Position numbers and translations under genes: made by a program. The notes beneath the pieces are model-generated. The model saw nothing but the letters and a program-made list of their open reading frames with translations. It was not told the origin of the DNA and searched no databases. Positions 50,701 to 63,414 of a DNA stretch of 64,000 nt are shown here, piece by piece. Each line of letters starts with the position of its first letter. The stretch's first letter is position 1. This stretch comes from Cetorhinus maximus (lineage: Eukaryota): positions 4,898,001 through 4,962,000 of the forward strand of contig NC_135913.1 in NCBI RefSeq assembly GCF_964194155.1. The letters are read 5' to 3'.

Positions 50701-53700
50701 GTCCTTCCCAGCCCTAAACAGAAGTTCCTCCATTATTATATCAGGGCCTTGGGCAGTTTAACTAGGGTATTGTGGATAGTTGGCAGTTACATAATGAGAT
50801 AAATAGAAGCAAGAGTAGGCCAGTTAGTCCCTCGAGCCTTCTTCGTCATTCAATAGCATCATGGTTGATCTGATTGTGGTCCTAAACCCGTTTTCCTGCA
50901 TGTCCTCCGTTGTGGGTTGAACATCTGTCTATCTTAGCCTTGAATGTATTAAATGACAGAGCCTCCGCTGTTTTCTGGGGTAGAGAATTCAAAAGATTAA
51001 CAACTGTTTGAGAGAATAAATTTCTCCTCATCTCCCTCTTAATTGGGAGGCCCCATATTTTGAAACTATGCCTCTAGTTCTAGATTCTCCCACTAGGGGA
51101 AACATCCTCTCAGCATCTACCCTGTCAAGCCCACTCAGGATCCTATCTGTTTCAACAAGATCTCTCATTCTTCAAACTAGGATGAGTATCACAGGATCAC
51201 AGAATCACAAAATCACACAGTGCAGAAGAGGCCCTTCGGCCCATCGAGTCTGCACCAGCACGTGAGCAACAACTGACCTACCTACCTAATCCTATTTACC
51301 AGCACTTGGCCCATAGCCTTGAATGTTATGATGTGCCAAATGCTCATCCAGGTACTTTCTTAAAGGATGTGAGGCAACCCGCCTCCACCACTCTCCCGGG
51401 CAACACATTCCAGACGTCACCACCCTCTGAGTAAAAAAAGTTTTCCTCACATTCCCCATAAACCTCCTTCCCCTCACCTTGAACTTATGTCCCCTCGTGA
51501 CTGACCCTTCAACTAAGGAGAACAGTTGCTCCCTATCCACCCTGTCCATACACCTCATAATCTTGAACACCTTGATCAGGTCGCCCCTCAGCCTTCTCTG
51601 CTCCAACGAAAACAACCCAAGTCTGTCCAACCTCTCTTTATAACTTAAATGTTTCATCCCAGGCAACATCCTGGTGAATCTCCTCTGACCCCCTCCAGTA
51701 CAAACACATCCTTCCTATAATGTGGTGACCAGAACTGCACACAGTACTCCAGCTGTGGACTCACCAAGGTCCTATACAACTCCAACATGACCTCCCTACT
51801 TTTGTAATCTATGCCTCGATGGATAAAGGCAAGTGTCGTGCCTTTTTCACCACCCCACTAACATGCTCCTCCGCCTTCAGAGATCTATGGACACACATGC
51901 CAAGGTCCATTTGTTCCTCAGAACTTCCTAGTGTCATGCCGTTCATTGAATACTTAGAACCATAGAAAAGTTACAGCACAGAAGGAGGCCATTCAGGTGC
52001 CCTTTCTAATCCCACCGTCTTGCACCCGGCCCATAGCCCAGCAGCCTACAGCACTTTAGTGCAAATCCAGGTACTCTCCAGGTACTTTTTTTAAAAAAGA
52101 GTTTAAAGTTTCTGCCTCTACCACCAACTTGGGCAGCGAATTCCAGACACCCACTACCCTCTGCATAAAAAAGTTCTTCCTCATGTCCCTTCTGCCACTT
52201 ATCTTGAATCTATGTCCCCTGGTTCTAGAATTCTCTGTCAAGGGAAACAATTTTATCCTGTCCACTCTATCTATTCCCCTCATAATTTTGTACACCTCAA
52301 TCAAGTCACCTCTCAGCCTTCTATGTTCTAAGGAAAATAACCCCAACCTATCCAATCTCTCCTTGTAGCTACTCTTTTCTAACCCTGGCAACATTCTTGT
52401 AAACCTCCTCTGCACTCCCTCCAGAGCTATTACATCCTTCCTGTAATGTGGTGACCAGAACTGTACACAATACTCCAGTTGTGGCCTCACTAGTGTTTTA
52501 TACAATTCCAACATTATATCCTTACTTTTATATTCTATACCTCTGCCAACGAAGGAGAGCATTCCAAATGCCTTCTTTACAACCTTGTCTACTTGAACTT
52601 CAGGGACCTGTGTACTTGTACGCCAAGATCTCTTCATTGTCAAATTACTTCTTCCAAAGTGTATCACCTCACACTTTTCAGGGTTAAATTCCATCTGCCA
52701 CTTATCTGTCCATTTGACCATACCGTCTATATTTTCCTGTAGCCCAAGACACTCAACCTCACTGTTAACCACCCAACCAATCTTTGTGTCATCCGCAAAC
52801 GTACTAATCCTACCCCCCACATAGTCATCTATGTCGTTTATATAAATGACGAATAATAGGGGCCCCAGCATAGATCTCTGTGGTACGTCACCGGACACTG
52901 GCTTCCAGTCACTAAAGCAGCCTTCTGTCATCACCCTCTGTCTCCTACAATTAAGCCAATTTTGAATCTACCTTATCAAATTACCCTGTATCCCATGTGC
53001 ATTTGCCTTCGTTAGAAGTCTCCCATCTGGGACCTTGTCAAAGGCTTTGCTGAAATATAAACTACATCAACTACACTACCCTCATCTAAACACCAGGTCA
53101 CCTCCTCAAAAATTCCAATCAAATTTGTTCGGCATAACCTCCCCCTGGCAAAGCCATGCTGACTATCCCTGATCAAACCTTGCCTCTCCAAGTGGAGATA
53201 GATTCTTTCCTTCAGAATTTTCTCCAATTGTTTCCCTATCGCTGACGTGAGACTCACTGGCCTGTCGTTCCCTGGCTTATCTCTCCAAACCTTCTTAAAT
53301 AGCGGAACCACATTAACTGTTCTCCAGTCCTCTGGCACCTCCCCCGTGGCCAGAGAGGAATTAAAAATTTGGGTCAGATACCCTGCAATCTCCTCCCTTA
53401 GCAGTCTGGGACACAAATCATCCGGACCTGGAGATTTGTCCACTTTTAAGCCTGCCAACACCTCCAATACCTTGTCGCTCCCAATATCATATGCTAGATT
53501 CGTTCCCACATTTGATGAGAGTTAAGTGGAGTCCTTTATCCCCACTTTAAGGAAACACAGCTACGCAACCACACGTCACTGAACGAACCTCACTCCCTAC
53601 TGACCCAGCCCCACACCCAACTACCCGGTCCCGCGCCTCAGTGACTCAACCCTGCAACTGCAACCACTGACCCTGCCCTGTACCCACACCCCACTGACCC

Positions 53701-56700
53701 AGACCCGCGCCTACAACCTACACCCAGCCCCACAGCTCACTGATGCAGCCCTACCCCCAACTGACCCGGGCCCACACACCATTGACACAGCCCCACACCC
53801 AGACCCATGACACAGCCCCACAGCCAGACCCATGACACAGCCCCACACCCAGACCCATGACACAGCCAGACCCATGACACAGCCCCACAGCCAGACCCAT
53901 GACACAGCCCCACAGCCAGACCCATGACACAGCCCCACACCCAGACCCATGGCACAGCCCCACACCCAGACCCACACCCAGACCCCTGACACAGCCCCAC
54001 ACCCAGATCCATGGCACAGATCCACAACAAGACTCATGGCACAGATCCACACCCAGACTCATGGCACAGACCCACACCCAGACCCATGACATAAACCCAA
54101 ATCCACATCCACACCCCAGTGACACAGCCCCACAACCACATCCCTTTGACCAGGCTCTGCACTCCCTCACCCAGCCACCCACCTGCAACCCACTGACCCA
54201 GCCCAGAATCCCACTGACCCGGCCCCATGCCTTACCAACACGGCCCCGCGTCCCGCTTACCCAGCCGTGCACCCCACTGACCCAGCCCCATGCCTTACCA
54301 ACACGGCCCCGCGCCCCGCTTACCCAGCCCAGAATCCCACTGACCCGGCCCCATGCCTTATTGACACAGCCCCACCAACACGGCCCCGCGGCCCGCTTAC
54401 CTAGTCCTGCACCACACTGACCCAATCCTAAGCCCTGCGAATTGTGTACGAAATAACATGTGTTAATTGTGTGCAGGCCGTGGGTGTTGGTTGGGGTTTC
54501 ACTTGTGCACGTCTGAAGGGGCACTTATGAAACATTGGGGCATACTTCCAACTAGCATCATAAAGGGATGGCCCGCAAGAATTAGAAGAATAAAATACAT
54601 ACTTAACTGCCCTTTAAAATTACACTTTCCATTCCATTCACCGGCGTTGCTTGAGGCCTGCCTCCAATGACACCTCGCAGGCCCCAGAGAAGTGTTTTAC
54701 AGCAATTGCTCCCATATAGCAGGAATGCTTTGAGGGCCAGGGAAATTGACAGAACAGGGAGCAGGTAAGTTTCTAAGGTAAGTGGATAGGTTTTGGGGGT
54801 TGTGGGGGGGATGGGTTGGGAAATCAGGGGTGTGGTGGGGTGTTGGGGCTCAGAGTTTGGGAGGCTCGGAAGTATTCGAGGATCAAGGGAGTGGGGAGGT
54901 TGGGATGGTGGGGGGATTGGAGGTTGGGGATCGGTTGTCAGGGGAGGTGAGGGTGGGGAAGTTCAGGCGTTGGGGGTGGGGGGGGGTAGAGTCGGATGTC
55001 AGGGTGTGGGGAGGGGGTTGGAGGGGTATAAAAGTCAGATGTCAGGATGTGGAGGGGTGTGAGGCCAGGGTGCTTGAGGGCAGTCGGGGTGTGAGGGTTT
55101 CATAGGGCGTGGGGGTTGGGGCATCAGAGGTCCAGTTGGTGGCAAGGGTGGAAGTCTGAGGCCCGGGGGTTGCGTCCATGGAGATTCAGAGGTCGGGGGG
55201 GTGGGAGGCTGGTGGTGGTGCATGGAGTGGGGGTCGGCGGTCAGCGAGTGGGGTGTTGGAGGTTGTCGGTGTATTTGGGGGAGTCCGTGAGGGGGGATCT
55301 TTCTGGGTCTTTACAATAGTTACCCAGGAGTTAGAAGAAGTTTTAATCCTTCTAACTTTTTCTGAGTAACTATAGCTGTAACCCTGGCAAGAACCATCCA
55401 AAGTCTGCAATTTAAATCGAATTTTCAGATGGTTACCAGTGAAAGGCAATTGTCCAGAGGAAGTGTGCACTTCTGGGCAATTGCCATGCAAACCCTTAAC
55501 CTGGGAACTTTCCAGACGGATTCCCCAGCGCATCTTTGGGGTATCCCCGAAATCCAACGCTGGGGAGCTTGGAAGTTACAGCCCATTATCGTGGTTGAGT
55601 TTCAATGTTTAACTCTGTAAATACATGTAAGACTGACTAAAGAATAGCTCCACTACCTCCTACTGGCTAACCAGAATAGAACGTGGTAGCAAGAGGGTAG
55701 TTGTTTAAACTGAGGATAAAAGCGAATAAAAATCAGTCCAGAAAATACAATCCTAGCAACCATCGTGAGAAATGGCAAGGGTAAATTGTTGGTGGAATGA
55801 TTGCCGTCCGATGTTCTTGGAGTGTCAAACCGGGTCAACCGGATGACTAGTGGAAGGAGGAATTGGATATGAGGGAATAGCATTCACCCCTATCAAAGAA
55901 AAAATGAGTTATGTCCTTCGCACTGTTATTTCCTACCAGAAGCAAAGTATTTTGTGAACTGGATGCCATCAATTGTCTACTGATGAAGGTTAGTATTGTC
56001 TACTCTAGTTCTTGAATAAAATTTACAAGAAAGATTATCTATTAAATCTCTGTAAATATGGCCAGACTATGATGAATTTTGGAAAGCAGATAATTATTCA
56101 CTGGAGAAATGTTTCACGGGCGTTAATGGATTTTATAACAGTTGGGGGATCTCTGGATCGTTACCGGTGTTCAAATTGCTGGCTTGTGTCTCAGGCGTCT
56201 CATATCGATGGGCATTAAGTTCTAACCAGTTTTCAGTTCTTGAGAAAAGATTCCTTGTTGGTTCAGATCTCTGTTGCCTTGAAAAAACTCTTGGGGAAAT
56301 CGTCATTTCCTGCCCCCTTAGTGGAACCAATGTGCCATTTCACGGTGATACAATGAATAGTGGACTCGATGATTGCTAGGCTTCAAAATGGTCCTGATAG
56401 CAGACACAAGCCTCAATTAATATAAGGATTATAGACAGGTGGAATGAAGATGGAAGCAGCTTTAGCAGGTTTGGCTCTTACAGTAGGGGACTGAAGCAGA
56501 ACAACAATAATAGACGAATGAATCCCAGGAATGATCAAAGAACAGTTAATAGGTGCTTCAGTTGTGACTTGAAGTATCATTATGTGATGAACTGCCCAAA
56601 GCAGAGTGGCAGGATCCTTGAAATAACACAAGACAAAGAGCATTCTGAGGCCGATGAAGATAATGATAAATCAAAATGAATTGTACCTGTCACAAAGAGG

Positions 56701-58343
56701 ATGGGTGACTATGATGGAAATGTTTATCATGAACTCATTCTACCGTGCTATGCTAGATAGTGCTTGCACTTCAGCAGCACGTGGAACAAATTGGTTAGAA
56801 TGTTATTTGGATGCACTCGTGAGGATTGAAGCAAGGTTATGAAATATAGAGGTACTACATGGTTGGGGTTTGGTTATGATAACACATCATTCGCTAAAGA
56901 GGTTTGTGCATCCACGTAACAATGCTGAGTAGAGTTCTGGTAAATCAGGAGGGAAGTATGTGGGTGCTGGGGCAACAGGCAATGAAAAGAGAAAAAAACA
57001 GCTGGATATCTTGCCTTATTGTTGAGTTAATCCTCTCGCAAAACCTGTAAAGCTGTATCTACAAACTGCATGGTCCCTGCAGGACCACAATGTTCATTTA
57101 CAACTGCTCACAGCCAAGATAGAGGCTTTCTTTGCAGCCACGTGATTGGGTGCAGGTTCAGAGGGAAGTGTCCATTCTGTGCACTGAAAAAAATTTCTAT
57201 TCCATTCACATTTTTGCCAAAAAATAGAGGGGAGAAAGTAGAAATTGCAGCAAGTACAGACGTTAGTAATTATTCCCTATTTCTAACAGTATTCCTATTT
57301 TATGCTGGGTGTTTTGCCGTACTAGTTGAATCATTCAGTTTTTTAACATTGAAATAAGATTAATTCTACTAACCCGTTTTTCCAAAGCTTGGAGTATTCA
57401 TGAATAATAAATCAGAAGCATTTGCATTCCTTGCACCAGTTCCTGTGATCTGATCACCTTCCCCAGGAGCATGAGCTTGAATGTGGCTTTGTTCACTGGT
57501 ACCAGTTTCTGTGGTCTGATCACCTTCCCCAGAAGCAGGAGCTTGAATGTGACTTTCACTGGTGTCAGTTTCTGTGGTCTGATCACCTTCCCCAGGAGCA
57601 GGAGCTTGAATCTGACTTTGTTCACTGGCACCAGTTCCCGTGGTCTGATCACCTTCCTCAGGAGCAGGGGCTTGAATCTGACTTTGTTCACTGGTACCAG
57701 TTCTTGTGATCTGATCACCTTCCCCAGGAGCATGAGCTTGAATGTGGCTTTGTTCACTGGTACCAGTTTCTGTGGTCTGATCACCTTCCCCAGAAGCAGG
57801 AGCTTGAATGTGACTTTCACTGGTGTCAGTTTCTGTGGTCTGATCACCTTCCCCAGGAGAAGGAGCTTGAATCTGACTTTGTTCACTGGCACCAGTTCCC
57901 GTGGTCTGATCACCTTCCTCAGGAGCAGGGGCTTGAATCTGACTTTGTTCACTGGTACCAGTTCTTGTGATCTGATCACCTTCCCCAGGAGCAGGGGCTT
58001 GTATGTGACTTTGTTCACTAGCGCCAGTTCCTGTGGTTTGAGTACTATCTCTTGCAGATGGACCTTGAATCTGACTGTGTTCACTGGTAACAGATGCTGG
58101 AGTTAGACTCCTTCCAGTTGTACTGATAGCAGTGATATGTCTCTGGCTTCTTGCAACGCCTTCCAGAATGTAACTGCGTGCATTGTCGACGCTTCCTGCG
58201 GCACAAGATGCTTCGACAGTATCTGTCATGTCCCTTTCATCGATGCCGTCTATTAGGCCACGACAATGATAGCCCTCCAGAACTTGACTCGGTTCATTTA
58301 AGCATTCACGATTGCAGCAGGGTTTACACAATAATTGCCCCAT
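44616..58343 (-). CDS. NLR-family gene (acylation motif + tandem repeats + NACHT + LRR); 5 coding exons, ~1016 aa
   Basis: Exons 58343-57374, 49569-47835, 45213-45124, 45022-44855 and 44703-44616; all introns GT-AG with compatible phases; total 3051 nt in one open frame. Confidence 0.8.
44855..45022 (-). CDS. NLR LRR exon (168 nt)
   Basis: [47 protein letters not shown]; ribonuclease-inhibitor-type LRRs; AG/GT sites. Confidence 0.9.
45124..45213 (-). CDS. NLR LRR exon (90 nt)
   Basis: [29 protein letters not shown]; tttag| acceptor and |gtaagt donor. Confidence 0.9.
45425..45830 (-). mobile_element. CR1 3' fragment (intronic)
   Basis: [14 protein letters not shown]...[15 protein letters not shown]. 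Confidence 0.85.
46298..46895 (+). mobile_element. CR1 3' fragment (intronic)
   Basis: ORF 46392 encodes the CR1 ORF2 C-terminus. Confidence 0.88.
47835..49569 (-). CDS. NLR NACHT/HD1/WH/HD2 exon
   Basis: Walker A GVLGIGKT, Walker [11 protein letters not shown], sensor 1 [22 protein letters not shown]; acceptor taag|AT and donor AG|gtaact. Confidence 0.95.
50200..50700 (+). mobile_element. Old L2 LINE 3' fragment
   Basis: ctcatctgctgctga...gactattccaat...ttcacccatcaccactgtgctc, typical of the L2 ORF2 end. Confidence 0.55.
50795..53500 (-). mobile_element. Nested CR1s: family-A copy 51188-53500 interrupted by another CR1 3' end (~51956-52631), plus an older tail at 50795-51175
   Basis: RT motifs in ORFs 53012 and 52056; family-A sequence ttgacaa.gaag|tattcaatg is split by the insert; two distinct tails. 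Confidence 0.88.
53600..54430. repeat. C/A-rich minisatellites (~25-bp cccagacccatgacacagccccaca, then longer units)
   Basis: Tandem copies visible at 53786-54120 and 54190-54400. Confidence 0.85.
54780..55300. repeat. G-rich low-complexity tract
   Basis: Dense GGG/GGGG runs on the plus strand. Confidence 0.6.
56420..56930 (+). mobile_element. LTR retrotransposon relic (gag zinc knuckle + aspartic protease), probably Ty1/copia
   Basis: [16 protein letters not shown] (C-x2-C-x4-H-x4-C) followed by [20 protein letters not shown]. Confidence 0.65.
57374..58343 (-). CDS. NLR first coding exon ([10 protein letters not shown] + 22-aa repeats)
   Basis: Acceptor ttttcag| at 58360, ATG at 58343, donor ACG G|gttagt at 57374; phase 1 matches the NACHT exon. 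Confidence 0.75.
57432..58085 (-). repeat. Coding tandem repeat: ten 66/63-bp units with a 261-bp higher-order period
   Basis: SEQS(H/Q)[16 protein letters not shown](T/A) x10; tgatctgatcacc recurs at 57446, 57707 and 57968. Confidence 0.95.
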
Positions 58344-59489
58344 CTCAGCAAATTTGTCAGCTGAAAATAAGGTAATTCCAGGTTACAATTGAGTATATTA
58401 GGAAAGAACAAAAATGTATGGATTCAAATTGATCCCAATGCAGCACTGCTCAAACATTGAAAGATCAGCTCCTCAATTGTTAGATGATAAAGAGTGATTA
58501 AATATATTTCTACTCATTGATAACCTGAGCGAGTGGGGGGCACAAGTGGGGGTCGGGGTAAGTGGGGGTCGGAGCAAGTGGGGGTCGGAGCAGGGTTGGG
58601 GGGGTGGAGCGGGCGTCGGGGAAAGTGGGGGGTGAGCGGGTGAGCCGGGGTGAGTGCGCGGGTGGATCATATTTTCTGTGTTGATTTGACAGCTGGCATC
58701 ATTGACAGTAACTGTACTAATTGTGAAGCTGCTATTTCTGACTGCATCTGCAGATTAGAGCTGATATTGATGACAGTACTCTGCTCATTATAGAACTGAT
58801 ATTAATGACAGTATCTGATCTACAATTATTTTGTCTGAAGTGACTAAATCTTCAGCTAAAATAGCAGCTGCAAAATGTTGTGTTAATTCGCCATCAGCTA
58901 TTCCTCAGCTGCAACATCTTGCAGCTTATATCTTATACAAGCCAACTAACTTCAATCTGCGCTTTGCCAACCTACCTGAGGTTGCAATCCACCGAATGTT
59001 TCAACCTAGGTTAACATCAGGCTGGCACAGCGACGCTTCTGTAAGTCACCTGCTCTGTTAGGTCCCTGTGAAAAAATTACCAGTTTGCAGAATTAATCTC
59101 AATTACTGTAGCATTTAGAGCTGTGGATTAAGATTGTCAAAATCATGTTCAATTTAGGAATTGATACTATAAGAAGTCTGATTTCAAATAATTTATATCA
59201 AAAACAGGTTGTCAGGTTGCTGAAACTTGAAAATTGCTAACTCCCTCAGCAAAGGAGCACACCCAGCAGCTTAAACATATCAAGGTTAGATTAATCACGT
59301 GGGGAAAATAATGGGAGAAAATGAATTGGTATTAAATTTCACATTTTGGACTTTTTTTTTTCCATTTACTTTAACAAGGAAGCAGATTTTGATTTTGTGT
59401 GACTGTGTAAACGGGTATTAGCGAGTCACAGCTCATCTACATCACTCCCAATTTTTACTGCCACAGAAGTGAAAGGGGGTGTTCTCAAA

Positions 59490-60660
59490 GGGTCGGTTCA
59501 GTTCAGCCCTGGGGCCTCAGCTTTTCGTTACGTTTATTAATGACTTGGATGAATGAACATAAGGAACAATCAGCTCACAGGACACTAAGTAATGTGGATT
59601 GGAGCTAATAGCTGTGAAGGATGATTGATAGATTAGATGGGAAGCACTGGGGAAGGTGGTGATGAATGTGGGCAAGTGTCAGTTCCCACACTCTAGACCC
59701 AAAAAAACAAATCAAAATATTTCATCAACAGTAAAAAAGTAGAAGCTTTCAAAGAGTAAAGGGATCAGAGATTCCAAATCGATAAATAATCATTAGTGGG
59801 AAAAATAATAGAAACCCTACTGTAGGAAAGAATGGAAGAATTCCAAAAATGAACCAATATTTCAAAAGAGAAAATCTTGTTTGACCAAACTTATTAATTT
59901 TTATGAGGGGGCAAGAGAGGCCAGACAATGATAATGCATAGATGTGGTTTATCTGGATTTTCAAAAAGTCTTTGATAAGCGCTGCCCCACAACATACTAA
60001 TGAATAAAACCAGAGAATGTGGAGTCAGAGGACAGGTAGCAGGATGGATTGTGAGGTGACTTCAAGACGGAAAGCAGAGAGTGGGAGTAAAGGATCGTTA
60101 TTCAGAGTTGAAGAAGGTGTTTTGAAAGGATCAGTGCTTGTTCACAATTTACATTAACGATTTGGAATTTGGAATCAAAAAATACAATTTCTAAATGTGC
60201 AATTGACACCAAATTGGGTGGGAGGGAGGGAGGGGTAGAATGTCAATAATAAGGAGGACTGCATCAAATTACGGGAGGACATTAATAAGCATGCAGAATG
60301 GGCAGGTAATCGGCAAATGAAGTTGAACACGCAGATGGAAGACAATACATTTTGGTAGGAAGAAATGGAACACGACTTACTGCTTTTAAGATTCAAGTCT
60401 AGATGGGGTAGAGGAACAAATAGTACCAATACAATCACGAAAGGTAACAGCACAGGTAAGCAACACCATTAAAAAAAAGCAAACCAAGCTTTATTTCTGA
60501 AGTGACAACATTGAAAAGTAGGGAGGTCATGCTAAACGTGTATCAAGCCTTGGTTAGACTTGGCTTAAAAGTATTGTCTGCAGTTATAGTCACCATGTGA
60601 GAAAAAAAGACAGTGGCACAGGAGAGGGTTCAGAGAAGATATACAAGGCTAACACTGGAA
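59490..60660 (+). mobile_element. Degenerate CR1 RT fragments
   Basis: gatgtggtttatctggattttcaaaaagtctttgataag (DVVYLDFQKVFDK) and further RT remnants. Confidence 0.7.
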
Positions 60661-60929
60661 AGATGTTTGAAAGGCTGTGTCACATTTCACGATCACGTTT
60701 ACACAAAGCGTTTACATTACTGATGCAATCCTTTCTCCCTCCCTCAATTTTTGTGTATACCGTGTAAGGCAGGATTTACGATTCTTCCTGTTCTTGTCTT
60801 TATAAAGGTTGGAGGAATGGCAAGCTCTGACCTGAGCAACCCTTGTTGCTTTGAAGGTTGCTTTGAATTCGGTTGATCTGAAAGTTGATTAATTTTTGAT
60901 TCTTTTTTTTTGCGTTTTTTGCAGATGAA

Positions 60930-61320
60930 CCGCTCCTTGTCAGCTCATCTGATCTGCTCAATGGTCATGGGTTTATCTTGTTCCGTTTGGAGAGTATATA
61001 TCCGCTGCTCGTCCTAAGTGTGCACCTGGTGTTGCTTTTCACATGTGGCCCGGCATGACTCATATGGGGATAGAGGGTGTCTTTTTCTAATTTGTGATGC
61101 ACCTCATCAATGAGCTCACCTTGCAGTTTGGTTTTCCGTGCAACAACATTCCCTTTGGTGTGCTCCCTTGCCTCTCTGAGGTGTGTTGTGGTCAGTTGGT
61201 GGCTGCTTCTCTGCATCAGCGTCGTCAGGCAAATAGGAGTACTAGCTGGAGGTTACAGCATCTGTGTCCTGGCTTCATGATGTCTCGTAACAGCAAATGT
61301 TGGAGCTGAAAGATGGGGCT
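60930..61320 (-). mobile_element. Degenerate LINE RT fragment (possibly RTE)
   Basis: Minus strand ctcctatttgcctgacgacgct resembles a frameshifted LLFADDA. Confidence 0.4.
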
Positions 61321-61914
61321 CTTCTTACTGCTGTTGGCTCATCTCTTGGTCCTCTTCCACTCGAGGCATTGTGATAACCATCTCAGTTGTTGGCAGGTCT
61401 GGCCAAAGAGGAGTAACTGACATCTGCAAAGAAAGTGGGCCAACCAGTTCTGCAAAGGGTGAAGACAATTCAGGGCTGAAGTCACAATCGGGAGTATCCT
61501 TTCTGTTAGGGTTGTTGGAAACTTTCAGTACTGTGTAGTTGAGGGCAGAGGTTGTTTTGACGTATTCTGCCATTTTCAGAAGGTTCAGGGCAGCACAGGC
61601 ATCTCAGCTCAAAAGTGAAAAATACTGGTTATGGGTGATCTACAAGACTTCAAATATTTGATTGCCGCCATACGTTAATGGTTCCAGAATCATGCCTATA
61701 ACTGGAAGCCAGATTCATAGACATAGAGTGGTGTGCATTTCGTTTGTAGTGAGAGGTTTCTCAGCCATTGTTCCTTTTCCTAGAGGGTCATAGCACTGGC
61801 TCCAGTGTCCAATTTAAGTTGATGAACTGACCAAATGTCTGCATTTCAGAGTAGACAGCAGATTGATGCATAGAAGCTGGAGGGTTCTCACACTTGTTAG
61901 ATCCTGCAATGCCT

Positions 61915-62345
61915 TCTCTTTACACGTAACCTTATCTCTTTATACACTTTCTCTCTTTGTCATGTAAATTCCATTGTCCCGATACGTCTTTGCAATTTTA
62001 CTTTTCCCATAATATAAATCTTCTATAGTACACATATTATCAGTTATCTTTTGGAAAAATAAAGCCACTGTTTGGCTTACTCTCTGTTGGCTAACACCTT
62101 ACCATCTCTTCGAAATTCACGACTCTGGTTTATCTAAAATGCAAATGTTCCTCACACATCACATTCTAACATTTCAGCCATGTTTACGTATTTAGCATTT
62201 CAAACCTAGCTTCTCTTTTGATAACTCAAAAGCTCCAGACGAGCTGTCTGCAATGCAATTAGCCTCTGAACACCCCCTCAAACACATGCACACAGCCCCA
62301 CAAAGAGAAACTAATCCAAACGCCACTGTTAACCTACCTTTATAC
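61915..62345 (-). mobile_element. Solo LTR fragment of the Gmr1-like family
   Basis: ttatctaaaatgcaaat...cagccatgtttacgtatttagcatttcaaac matches 32065-32140 and 25900-25970. Confidence 0.75.
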
Positions 62346-63414
62346 GTTCATGACAGAAAGGTTAGTTAAAGTTTGCTTTTTGTAGGTTTTGTTACTCCTC
62401 ACATTAAAGTATGCATCAAATGATTTTGACTTCATCAAACTTAGCTGAGGATTTACTTATTCCTTGTCTAGCTATTATGTGGTCAGCTATTGAACCTACC
62501 AGATAAAGCAGTACTAACTTGTTCAACATTTGACTCTCTGTTCGGACCTGAACCAAGCATATATCTAAGGAATTTGTTTTGTTAAAGTGTGCAATTTTCT
62601 GTTTCGTTTGAATGTAGGGTGAGTCCAACGCAGTCTGGTAAAATCGTTTCTTGATGCATGTTCATTTAATAATGTGTATGTGTACAGATGTAAATTCTGA
62701 AATCCAAAGTGGCACCGAAGTGCACTTTTTTTCCAGCAAGGTATCTTCTGTTTGTTGGGTTTCGGTGGACTCTGGTAATCGCAGTTCTCGGGTTTTTCAA
62801 ATGTAATTTTCTGGCTTTGGCTGGGCTTCTAAAGTGCAATTCTTTTCCGCAGGGATCTCGGCTACCACATGGTCAGGTGCCAACTCGGAACGCTGGCTGG
62901 TCGCGCTGCTTTTTAAAAGAGGCTACTCTGACTTCTGAAGACTGAGAAAAAGCTTTTTAAACCAGTTCTGGCCAACAACTTAATGTTTTAGACCACCACT
63001 GCTACGTCCCCTAACTCCGCATTCCATAGGTAGTAAAACTGGAACTCCACCAGATCTAATTGAGCCCTCTGCCGCACAGTGGAGTTTTATTTCTGAAGTC
63101 TGTTTCCAATTCAGCTGTTGAGCTTCTCTCAGGCGATCTCCCTCTGTGTCTTCTCTTCTGGTGTTTTCAGTAAGGGCAGAATGCTTTTCTTTTGGCCTTC
63201 CTGCTCTTGAGTTTCTGGTTCTAGGCTTTACTGATAGTTGTCACCATGCTGTACAGTGTTACATTCTGTCCAGTATGTCTCACAAAGATGTTCTGAGTGT
63301 TGTTTCGTTTAACATCAAGTGTTTATTGGTAACACATAACTTTGTGCACATACGCAGAGTATAGTCCAAGCCACCAGGTGCGAACACAATGCTGAATTCT
63401 ATACAGACCATTTA

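Noticed and set aside
53711-55369. Cys/Gly/Trp- and Pro/Thr/His-rich ORFs
   Set aside because: They are translations of minisatellite and G-rich low-complexity DNA.
57432-58085. Repeat read as a RHIM/amyloid signalling motif or a CRISPR array
   Set aside because: The core is IQAP, not (I/V)Q(I/V)G, and is proline-rich. There are no unique spacers and the context is eukaryotic.
57398-58106. Two extra long ORFs overlapping the NLR repeat exon (228 aa minus, 211 aa plus)
   Set aside because: They are open only because the 66-bp unit lacks stops in those frames, and they end at the array edges.
62595-62612. ISRE-like GAAACAGAAA upstream of the NLR
   Set aside because: The motif is short and the non-coding first exon and TSS could not be located.
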